From Ginglymostoma cirratum (lineage: Eukaryota): a DNA stretch of 64,000 nucleotides. A program made the translations under genes and the position numbers. Position 1 is the stretch's first letter; each line of letters opens with the position of its first letter. Location: NCBI GenBank assembly GCA_024137785.1, contig JAHRHZ010000062.1, positions 30,879,816 to 30,943,815 on the forward strand. The letters run 5' to 3'. Below are positions 53,596-64,000 of this stretch, piece by piece. The notes under the pieces were generated by a model. The model ran no database searches. It saw only the letters and a list, made by a program, of their open reading frames with translations, and was not told the origin of the DNA.

Positions 53596-54369
53596 CAAAC
53601 TTTATTACTTTTATATCTTAGGTTCTCACAGTGGAAATCTAATTTTGGTCTGTGCTGCAACCCTGAACCATCACAATGTGTGCAATGATGAACAAGTGCA
53701 GAATACAGGAATGACACTCAGTGAAAAAGGCAATGCTGACATCGTCACTAACACAGAAACTGGCACTCCACAGAAATTCAAAGCTGTTGCCTTAATTCCA
53801 GGTAAATAAATGAAATTAAACCCATATTTGTAGTATAGACAATTTAAAATACAACTAAAAATTTCTTGATAACATAGAGGTTCTCCTTCTCAGAAGTCTA
53901 CTTTCTTGGTCACAATCAACACTCCAACAGTTAACATAAGTTAAAGATTGGGTGTCTGTTCATTACACACTGAGCAAGATACTATCAGATTATCCTGTAA
54001 CCTTATCATAATTACGACAACACTCCCAGTACAACCATCATGCTGAGTATACACATGAACTAATATTATGTTATCAGTTTTGAATAATTATGTTACCAAA
54101 CCAGATTATTACTCACTTTTTGAGGTAAAGGGTTATACCAGCTCTGCAATTACTTTTATGACAGTACTCATCATTGCAACAATCAGCTGTTCCTTTTCAC
54201 TTCAATCAGAATATAAATTTAATTTAGAGGAAGAAATTGTTAATCCTAATTCAGCAGTTAGAATAATCTCAATTTCAACCTTTCGCAGTATTTAAATTAA
54301 GATGTCACATATTTTGAACTCAAAAATACATGCACATTTAAATACCAGAACACTCTTACACCTGGAAAT

Positions 54370-54830
54370 TCATTATTTTATTTGTTTATGCCGCTTGTTT
54401 GCAAATCCCGTATTTATTGTACATCCATAATTGTCTTTGACAAGTTGGGTTCAGGTAGCTGCTTCTTCAGCTGCTACAGTCCATGTTCTCTATGCACATT
54501 CACAGTACTGTTAGCTGGGGAGCTCCCAGATTTTGACATGGTAACTGTGAAGGAACAATAATGCAGTTTTTAATGCAAGGATGACAGGCAACTTGGAGTT
54601 GATGTTCTCAAGCTCCTGTTGCCCTTGTTCGACTAAGTGGTAGGGATCATGGATTTGGAAAGGGAGAAAAAAAGGAACCTTAGTGACTTTCTGTGTACCA
54701 TATACAAGGTGTATTACAATGTTGCCTTTGTGCATCAGTGGTGGAAGAAATGCATATTTCTGGTGGTGGGTGGGATGCCAGTTGGGCAGGCTCCTTTGTC
54801 CTAGATGGTTTCAAGCTCAGAGTGTTAATG
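54370..54830 (-). mobile_element. CR1-group LINE 3' end
   Basis: TATTTATTGTACATCCATAATTGTC is the reverse of the GGGCAATTAGGGATGGGCAATAAAT-type tail. Confidence 0.6.
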
Positions 54831-55218
54831 GAGTCTCAAATGGCATACAAAACAACCCTGCCTTGACGATGGAAGTCCGAGTATCACAAGGAATTTTTTA
54901 CCTCAGTCTCTTTTATGAATTAAATTGCCATTTCAAATAGGAAGACAAATGGTATTTTCCAAAAAGCAGTTACTTTGTTATATTTGAAGTTGCAAAGTAA
55001 ATGGGAAATTTATTTTATGAAGTACACATAAGAACTGGAATTATGATTGCGTCTTTTTCTTCAAGAAATGGAAGCATGTAAATACAGTCAAAGATATTTG
55101 ATTTGGTGAACTGAATAGTCATGACGAATGGACACATTATCAGAAGTATAATGAAAATTTTTATGCAAAGTACACAATAATTTAAATTCAGATTACTCAA
55201 CATTCATATTGTGCTTAC

Positions 55219-55322
55219 CTTTTCCATCTTGTGCATTACTTGGGGATAGTCTCTGATGAAGACGTTCTCCACTACATCACTTGTGAAACACGTTTGCCTG
55301 CAAGCAGGGCAACAGATAATGC
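55219..55322 (-). CDS. TRIM66: TRIM66 exon: C-terminal end of the RING finger (GIICCPACRQTCFTSDVVENVFIRDYPQVMHKMEK)
   Basis: cctcag|GC...GAAAAG|gtaagc; 104 nt, phase 1 to 0; resembles the TIF1 segment G.I.CP.C.Q.C....+++N.F++D. Confidence 0.9.
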
Positions 55323-56699
55323 CTGAGGTAGCCAGAGCAGCAAAGACATGAAATCAACAACAGGAAATAAAATTAACCACATACATACAGCAATAGCAAA
55401 TGCAGTTTGATTTCTTAACAAAAAAAAGACAACCTCCAAAAGGAAGTTGGCTTTCAATGCAATGTCATAAATTTATATCGAGGAAAATAACAAGAGTACA
55501 TACAATCAAAATGAATATTACATTAAGTTGCACATAAAACTTATCAAAACAAGATCCATATAATGACCACAGTAATGCTTTAACCTTTCTATACAGTTCC
55601 CTGCAGGAATATTAGTTGAAAGCAAAATTCACTGATAGCAAACCATCTCGACAGTTCCCAAGAGGAAGGGCATAAAGGGATATGAAAACAAACTGCAGCT
55701 GAAATCAAAGCAGATAATTTTGGAAATATTCAACAAGCAAGGCAACATTGGTGGATACAGTAAAACAGTTACTTATTAATCAGAACCTGAAAAGTTAGAA
55801 ATACAATAGATTTTAAACAAACTAAATGAGGGGTGTAGAGTGAGGTTTTGGGGGATGGGGGAGGTGAAAAGGATTGAGAAAAGAATACAGACAGAAGGCC
55901 TGTGATGGGGTGGAAGGCAGAAAAGATTAAGATTGTAATTTAGAGTTTGTAATGGGGGACCATATCCATCATCTGCACAACCGTGGCAGCTCCACATAGC
56001 TTCTCTCCAGAAGGCTAGATGCGATTGCCAGATAGACAATCAAGCACCTATCTGACAGCAGAGGGTCATTTCCCATGCATCAGGCCCCAGTAGGATGATC
56101 ATCCTTCCCCAAGAGTTGTCAAAACAGTTCATCGGAATGTGTTGCACTACCCGAGTGGTGACCATTGCTGCTACAACAAGTGGGCCTACCTTGAAGATCA
56201 CAGTTGGATCTTCATATCAACATGAGCATAGGCAGGATGGGCGTTGCAAGGAAGTGTTTGCCAGTAAGCAATGTGTAAAATATCAAGGGAGGAGTGTGGC
56301 TTTCAACAGGCTCTCCATTTCCTGAGTACCTGTAAAAAAGACAGCCCCACTAATTAGGCTCATTTGCTAACTGGTTTTCCACAGGATAGGCACTGTCCAC
56401 TGAATGCCAGTGGCAGCAAGCCAAAAGGTATCTACTTAAAGATCTCAACTGGCCTCTGACTAGCATGGTCACCATCTGCATTTGAGCTTGGCTGGATGCA
56501 GGTGGAAAAGAGGATGAGCAGGGCAGGGTGCTCACCACTCACCTTTCCACCTAATTAACCCTAACCCCCAGCACCTGCCACCTGCTAACCCACTACAGGG
56601 GGGGGAATTCAATCCCTCCAAAGGATAAAATTGCTGGTTGTGCAGGCTAAAGACTGTTTAATTAGGGAAGTAAAGAAATATGTGGCATGTCCAGCAAAG

Positions 56700-57425
56700 G
56701 TGTGAATTGCATAAACACAAATAATTACTGCCTAAACAAAAAGGACAGTAAAATCAAATGCTGCAACAAAACACAGGGTAAAAATTGGCAGGTGAGGTTA
56801 TGGTCTGAATTTGAACTCAGTGGCGTGACCAGAAATATGTAAAGAATCTAAACAAAAGATGAGGTTCTACTGAGCTGCTGATGAGTTGGGGTTGAGCTTT
56901 GTGGAAAGGGCAGGTCAAGGATGGAGTGGTGAGCATGGGACCAGTGTGGACAATTAACATTACAGGCAACTGGAATCTTGGGATCAGGTCTACAGAGGTG
57001 TTCCAATTACCAGGCACCCATTTTGCATTTGCTTATTCCTGGTATAGAGATGTATTTGTTGGTCACTAGAGGTGGCAAAATATGCTGGTGGCTGTTGATC
57101 TGTCAATTATAGTGTTTGGAGAAGACTAAAGTAGAATCAGCAGAATAGGCAAGAGCAGCTTCAGTAGGTGAAATGATCATGATTGTGGGGTCTGTCAAAC
57201 AGAGTAGTAGGCAGGCACCTTCAGTTGAGGAAAAAGGATGATACATCTGAAGTGCTGGTATGGAAGACTGCATGATTAGAAGAGCTGTATTACACAAAGA
57301 GAAACTGGGAGAATCCTTACAGGAACCAGAGTGTTAAAAAAGTACAGTTGATATAGCTGAAGGAGTCTAGGGGTTTATGGTGAATATCCAAATTTTATCC
57401 CAAGAAAAGGAGACAAAGTTAGTGA
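56700..57425 (-). mobile_element. Old Penelope-like fragment
   Basis: Collinear with the GIY-YIG region of 10156-10869 (GCAGGTCAAGGATGGA...GGCAACTGGAA). Confidence 0.5.
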
Positions 57426-57557
57426 GGAAGGGTAGTGCCCTGGTGCCAACTATCTTCAGCTACTTCATCAATGACCTCCCCTCCACCATAAGGTCAAAAC
57501 TGGGGATGTTTGCTGATGACTGCACAACTTTAACACCATTCACAATTCCTCAGATAG

Positions 57558-59175
57558 TGATGCATGTTATCATCCAATATGATCTGAAAGAAAACCTGAG
57601 CCTAATGGAATAATGGAACAGGTGATGGAGATATTAATTATGAGTTGATTGGGTTTGAATTAGTTATATAAATATGGGGAGCTAGTAATCAGCGGGGTGA
57701 CAGTTTTATGGAGTGTGGCTAAATGAAATAAAGTGCTCACATACAAGTGTAGACTTGAATTCTGTTTAGAGTACATCACTGGTCAGAGGATAGTTGAGTA
57801 AAAATGTAAAGTTTTGGGTTATGGTTACCTGTCCATTTTCTGAAATTGAGCCTTCTGACAAGTGGAGGAATGGAGTTATTATGTAGACCTGGATTTCTTG
57901 GTTACCAAACAGGAAACAAAGGAGGGCTATAGCACTTTAGTCACCATATAGAAGCAAGGTAAGCCCCATTTCTGAAGAAGGGTCCTGACCTGAAACGTCA
58001 ACTTTCCCACTCCTCTAACGCTGCCTGGCCTGCTGTGTTCCTCCAGCTCCACACTGTGTTATCTCGAGAAACAAAGCACTTCTTTTTTTTCAGATTTGGA
58101 GCTTAATGATTTGAATACAGATGAAGGTTTGGCAGATTAACTTTCATGGGTAAATTTATAATAAAAGCAACTGCTTGAGGCATGGTCAGATTTTGACAAA
58201 CTTAGAAAGACTGAGGCTAATAGATGGAGTACTAATGGAATTCAGTAGATTTGATGCAAGACTGCAATAATTTAATTTGGAAATTCTCCAATCTGTGCCA
58301 GTATTTAATTATTTGGGCTGCAGAAGAAGATGGGGATACAGATCAATGAGATGTCATTTTATTGGTCAAGAAGTTTCAGCCCAGTGATGAATGTATTGGT
58401 GACAGAATCTTTCAATTATGTAACATTGGGCAGTCGTAGGTTCATGTCTACAGTGTGTTGAATAGACTGGCTAAAAGGCTTCCTGGTTTCTGAGAAAAAA
58501 ATTCAGGAATTTGAACATTCTACCAGTTTCAGATTTGGATATGAAAACCACTCTATTCAAAGATGTTAGTGGGTTATGTCTTGTAAAATACGCAGAATCA
58601 TACATTTTATTAGCACAGATGTGTTGTTTGGTAAAATACCCTGATTACTGAGTAGATCATCAATGAAGAAAGTAGAGATGAAACTGGATTTGGGAAATAA
58701 CAGAGAAATCGGATTTGGAAAATCTATTGAGACACCACTGTGCTTCTTTAATGGGACATAACCTCTCCATTAAAAAGTGTTATTGACATTGAGGAGTAGA
58801 TATTTTAGAAGAAAAAATGTCAATTTTGTTAACGTTACATACACAATTTGCTCATCCATCTTCTAAAAGAAAAAACTTTTCGTAACAATTGCAGAAGTAA
58901 GTGATGAGAAATACAATAAAGTCATAGAGATAACTAACAGATGTGAGATTTTTAGGAAATATTGAAGTGCACTGCCATGGCTAATAGTAGGTCTGCCCTT
59001 AGCAGATAACGGTAATGGAACAGTGGAAAGAGTTGGACCACCAGCAAAGTTTCTCACTGAAAACTGGGAGGGGTGGGAATGTTTACTAATGATGAATTCA
59101 GTGTGTGAATATGAATACAGTAACAGAAAATCATTATAGCAATAGGCATGTGGAAGGGACTACCCAGTGATAGAC
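57558..59175 (+). mobile_element. Decayed Ty1/Copia-like LTR retrotransposon: 5' LTR, primer-binding site, gag, protease, start of integrase
   Basis: LTR with TATATAAA and AATAAA ending in CA; TGGTCAGAGGA resembles a tRNA-Met primer site; gag LELNDLNTDEGL; protease STVC.IDWL; H.QFAHPSSKR; integrase GPPAKFLT. The protease-then-integrase order is Copia-type. Confidence 0.72.
57965..58065 (+). mobile_element. Penelope-derived short element with an intact hammerhead core, nested in Copia gag
   Basis: CTGAAGA-AGGGTCCTGACCT-GAAAC-GTC at 57972-57999. Confidence 0.85.
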
Positions 59176-62100
59176 TGACCGGAGCAGTCCATGTGCAAAT
59201 GCAACAAAATCTGACTAATACCCAAGCTTGGGATGAAAAAAATGCAAGTAATATACACACCAGGCAAATGACCATGCCAAATAAGAGACAATCTATCCCT
59301 TGTCCTTTGACATTCAAGTGTGTTACCATAACTGAATCCCCCACTATCAATATTCTGGCCAGATACTGAACTGGCCACAATAATTACAAGAGCAGGTCAG
59401 AAGTTAGGAAGCCCTGCAGCAAGTAACTCACTTCCACACTCCCCAAACCTGTCCACCATCTAAAGGTACAGGTCAGGAGCATGATGGAAAACTCCCTAAC
59501 TGCCTGGATGAGTCCAGTTCCAACAACATTCAACAAGCTTGACACCATCCAGAACAAAACATGCAACTTTACCACTGTTCCAGCTATCAGCTTAAGTATT
59601 CACTCCCCCCACTATCAGTATATTATGGCTGCAGTTGGTGCAATATATGAAATGTACAACAGCAACTTGGTAGTGCCTCTTCAATAGCGCCTCCCAAACC
59701 CACAAACTTCCATCATGTATGAGGTTAAGGGCAACAAATGCAAGGGAACATCACCTCCAAATTCCCTTCCAAGTTGCACATGCCAACTTGAACATGTGTT
59801 CAATGTTCCAAATGATCTAATGTTCAATCATTGTTGTTTGATCAAAATCATGGAACACCCCATTTAACAGCGATAAGGTAGCATCTTCACCACATAGGCT
59901 GTAATGGTGCAAGAAGTATACTTGGAAACGAGGGATGAACAATAAATGTTGGTCTTCCCAAAAAGATAGCCATGTCCAAAAAAGTAATGCTTAAAAGATG
60001 CATTTAAGGCAGTTTCTTTTAGTCATATTTTACTGAATCAAAAGAGTTCATAAAGCAAATTTATCATTTAGCTGGAAGCATTTTTTAAATGTACCTATAA
60101 TGTCAGTACTTGCAACAAATGGAACAATTTTCCTGTTTCCTACCCTACCAGAACCCTTCCCTCTTAATACACAGGTAAGCATACAAAGCCACGAAATACA
60201 AGACTTCCTTCCCCATCTTCACAGAGTCAGAATTTTCAATAGCTGTGATAGATGTAATTTCTCAGCTTGGCACAAAAACACACTATGTAACAGTATTTAG
60301 AAATCCAACATTCAGCCTCGGAATGTTTCAAACAATATTTTTAGAAGGATCCAATCAGAAAACTCCATGTTCTCCAAACATTATAATTTACTGCTTTACT
60401 GTATCAATCTGTTATTGATCTGTGTAGAATAATTTAGAGATTTGCTGATTAAATACCAAAACCAGCAGTGCAACTTCCAAACTGATTGGCCTATGTATTC
60501 AGTGAAGACATCAATTACTTCAACAAGGAACATATTCAAATCAATCCAGAGTGCGGCTGAAATAGGGAGAATCATCAATGCAAATACATTATGGAGAGTG
60601 GCAGCCTGTAAAATATCATTTCAAGAGGATTGTAGTCAACAGTTCCAAAACTGTTGGGTTGCAACTCCAATTGGGGTTGGAGAAACAGCAAATGGGATCA
60701 TGAGCTCCCACTCCTCCAAGACTATACCTCCTGTCAGCATTAAGGCAAAGGCAATGTCTAGCCCTGTACTTGCTCTACTCGTTTCTCTTCTCTCACTTGG
60801 TCATGTGCTTATCATGCGGCTGCTTCATTGTGCCCTGAAGCCAGGTTCTAACCATATACCTAGCACCAATGCCTCTGCTTTGAACTGCAGCTATCTGAGC
60901 TCAATTGATCATTCTGGTGCTGTGGTATACCTGAATACCAACATCAATCACCTCAAGCACCCAAACTTATGTCTTTGCTAGTTCCGGTAAAAGGGCCATG
61001 AATTGCAACAGGTTGAACAAGGAAATAACAGAGGGGTACATAAAATTGTAGTTTTGTGAAGTACTTTTAAAAAAAAAGAAATTTTCTTATTTAAATTATG
61101 ATCTGTAGCAAGCAAATTTTAACAATGTTGCTTTATTGTTATCTTGTTTTTGTTGGTGTCTAGGACTCTGTTAATCTTCAAGTGTTAAAATGGGACATTG
61201 AAAACAGTTTAAGGTTCGCTGCTTCGGGTCAAATTAACTCAAATTCGAAATTCATGAAGTTAATCTCTATACTGGAGTACATGCTTTTCATTAGTGGTAC
61301 CAGACAATTTAGGGGTTTTAGCTGGTGCAACTGGTACCAAACAGTTTGACCCAGTTACAGTTTTAGACATTTAACTTGCACAAAGACCTGGAGTCAAAAC
61401 CAGGCACTCAAATTGAATTAATCATAAACATAAGCTCTTCTGTTGAGAATGTTGAATATATAAGTTAATTATTTTGTTTCTAATATATTGTCTTAGGTTG
61501 AAGGTTTGCAGCTATTATCATCCTGTGTGTAGGCATGAAGACCAGTGGCTATACACTAACTGCATTGCAAGGTTGCTCTTTTCCACAACTTTGCTCATTC
61601 TCTTATAGTTTATTTCATAGTTGATAATCTGATGGAAAGGACAAAGGAATCAAGCAGATTAAACACTTTAGTTTAACAATTGGATCTACTGTTAATTATA
61701 GCTCATTTATGTCAATGGCATATGTATAAAAATAGCCAAACTAACAGGCAAGTCACATTGTAGAGAACAGCAGTCCATGTTTTTAAAAAAGCTTTGTAAT
61801 TATGAAGACTCAAGTAGAAATAGAATAGGAGAACCTTTCTTATTCAAGTGCGCAGTCAGACTATGGAATCAAAACATTTGTGGATGGGTCAAAAATAAGG
61901 TTTGATGAAAATCGGTCAAGCCAGATGATCTTATGATCTACAGAATCAACCATCCCATTACATCAACCAGTTGTTTCTGAATGGAGTTTAGTGACTTGGC
62001 CTCATTCATTCTAATAATCCACTCTAGCTGTTATCACTATCACAGATAACGGCATATTTCAATGTCTATCCTATATTTCTTTTGGCATCATGTCATCCTG

Positions 62101-63461
62101 CCCTAGCATATTGTAAAATGCTTTTCCAAATCTGCTTTTCCCACTTCAGTTAGCATCTCCTAAAACTATAAGATTCTCCTCTTGGAAACTTTAAGACAAG
62201 AGTCCTATATCATTGAGCCAATGCTTAAAGCTTCGCTGTTTTAGCAGGATTCAGCCTTTAGGATCTGTATAAGTCCATGAAATCAAACCTAATGGAACTG
62301 GATTAACGCATCATGTGTTGCATAGATGTCCAGCATGGCCTGCGACAATTTGACAACTGATTTGGCAAACTGTTTAAAGAAAACTTCTAGCACAAGTTGT
62401 CAATCTGAAACATCAGCCCATATTTTCCCACAGCCAAACGGATGTTATTCCATTGTAGATGGAAGTTGCGCAAGGGGTCACTGCGGAATACCCATTGTAT
62501 CAGAATCTGAAGGAACTCTTGAGAAATTGAAGATTCCACTTGGCAATCTCTCTATACTTGGAACCCAACAAAATTATCCATTAAAATTGGAGAATTTGGA
62601 GGTTCTTGATGAAATTAGGTAAACAAGCACACAGGGAAATGTGTAATCTAACTCCTGACCAACTATTCACCTGGCCCTAATTGCCTCATACACCCCAAAC
62701 TACACGTCCTCCAGACAACTTATATACCCTACATTTTGACTTGACATTCCCCATCTCTTCCCGGGACTTGACACGCCCAACCCACTCCAGACCCAACACC
62801 ACAATTCCCCTGTTCCAAGGTTGCAGCCCGCTTCCTTCCCCTGCACTGGACACATCTGTTCCACTTACTGGGACCCCTCACATCCCCCTTTCCCTGCCCC
62901 ACACCTTATCACTCCTTCTTCCACTGCCAGATCTTTCCCTCCCTGGACACATACCCTATCCCACCTGGACCCTATATTTCTCAGCCACCTAAATAAGATA
63001 TTACTTATTCGGCCCTTTGCCACATGCAACTGTTACTCTATCTCTCCACTAGGCATCCTAATTACAACCAGTTTGGAATCCTATCCCACCTGGTATTGCA
63101 TCCATTTGGTACAATATAGTCCACCTGCTTGGCATCCTAATGTATCTGTTTAGCAACTGACACTCAAATACCCTACCCCTCTACAACTCTAACCTTACGT
63201 ACTTACTGTTTCACAGTAGCTGCCAAAGTGGCTGTCTGTGATTTTGGACTTGTGGGAGCCGCCTGTGAATGAGGGGTTGTGGTTTACCTTCCCTCAACAG
63301 ATCTGCACTACGACAGAAAGATCAGAATCGAAATACAGCTCTGCATCTCTGAGGTGGCGCTAATTGGAATTTCTTGTCAGAAACGTGGAGCTCTCCTCTT
63401 TTGCGAAAAAAAAAGGAGCAGAATGGCATTCAAGGAGTAAGACAGTCACTCCTCCATACAA

Positions 63462-63700
63462 AGAGATAGCAAGATCTGCAGATGCTGGAGTCAGAGTCAA
63501 CAGAATGTGGAGCTGGAGGAACATAGCAGGTCAGGCAGCATCAGAGGAACAGGAAAGTCAACATTTTGTGTGGGGACGCTTCATCAGAACCAATCCAAAA
63601 CGTTGACCTTCCTGCTCCTCTGATGCTGCCTGGCCTGCTGTGTTCCTCCAGCTCCACACCTTGTTGTCTCAGACTCCCGGATCGGCAGGTCCTACTATCT
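63462..63700. mobile_element. Penelope-derived fold-back element
   Basis: Arms GAGATAG...GGAAAGTCAACATTTTG and CAAAACGTTGACCTTCC...CTATCTC are about 100-nt inverted repeats; decayed CTGATGAAG on the minus strand in the loop. Confidence 0.85.
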
Positions 63701-64000
63701 CACAGAAACTCTGTTTCTGTCTCCACAGACAGTGACTGCCTGACCTGCACTTTTATTAACAAATTTTTAATTTGAGCATCTGCTTAACGTGAACTCCCAT
63801 AATTTAGATTTGGCAAGTGAAGAAACATTCCTAAGTCTCTTGCCCTTCTATCCTACCCATGAAATATACCAATCTTCCCTTTTTAACTCCAAGATATGAT
63901 GAAATGAAAACAGCCATACTCTAAGCTGAAGAGAATTGGAGGGGACTGTATTTGTGGGATTTCTATAAATTTTAGTTTCATAATTAGAATAATATTTTAT

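Larger units (their letters stand above)
2325..55322 (-). other. TRIM66: TRIM66 (TIF1-delta) gene, internal portion: 12 coding exons, both ends outside the window or not found
   Basis: All 12 exons have ag/gt boundaries with matching phases and one open frame. The peptides match recalled human TRIM66 (KVENQIKMAKM, NFINWAV, PFLFSKEL, RLLET.C, WTKQL..LG, EPINLSV) better than TRIM24/33. Confidence 0.93.
57430..59990 (+). mobile_element. CR1-group LINE split by a Copia element
   Basis: RT PTIFS.FINDLPSTIRS..GMFADDCT (57430-57555) resumes at about 59175 (AVHVQMQQNL) and continues to LDTIQ and a tail at about 59930-59990. Confidence 0.75.

Noticed and set aside
56190-56329. Minus-strand segment with good acceptor and donor, as the missing RING exon
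   Set aside because: Stops in all three frames and no Cys/His pattern. It could at most be a non-coding exon.
59060-59085. GGGAGGGGTGGGAA-TG as a polypurine tract and 3' LTR start
   Set aside because: It lies within the decayed integrase core (KFLTDNGGEF-like), and the following sequence does not match the 5' LTR.
60442-60981. 179-aa plus-strand ORF
   Set aside because: Non-ATG start, no recognisable domain or convincing splice sites; probably decayed repeat or chance.
61500-61600. Minus-strand SCLH peptide as a RING core
   Set aside because: Followed almost immediately by a stop, with no upstream CxxC in frame.
62660-63200. P/L-rich ORFs in a C-rich tract
   Set aside because: Low-complexity sequence that lacks stops by composition; probably part of a repeat.
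1-64000. CRISPR arrays, operons or other prokaryotic systems
   Set aside because: The sequence is intron-rich vertebrate DNA; no regularly spaced repeat-spacer array was seen.

Overview
AT-rich eukaryotic DNA, very likely from a cartilaginous fish (shark): it carries HE1-type V-SINE and HER1/CR1 LINE fragments, Penelope, L2, Gypsy and Copia relics. The window is the interior of one minus-strand gene, TRIM66 (TIF1 family). I traced 12 GT-AG exons with matching phases (55322 down to 2325, 2371 nt, about 790 aa). They encode the last CxxC of the RING, B-box1, B-box2, the coiled coil, the TIF1 signature, a 953-nt Q-rich exon and part of the linker. The first RING exon and the PHD-bromodomain exons were not found and probably lie outside the window. 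Most listed ORFs are decayed transposon or chance frames. The most interesting signals are: (1) short Penelope-derived, often fold-back insertions with target-site duplications (TSDs) that carry minimal hammerhead ribozyme motifs (CTGANGA-stem II-GAAAC-GTH); (2) a strong-Kozak Met at the position of the recalled start of the RING-less mammalian TRIM66; (3) a conserved PINLS CtBP-type motif. Homology calls rest on my recall of the families, not on database searches. Repeat boundaries are approximate.
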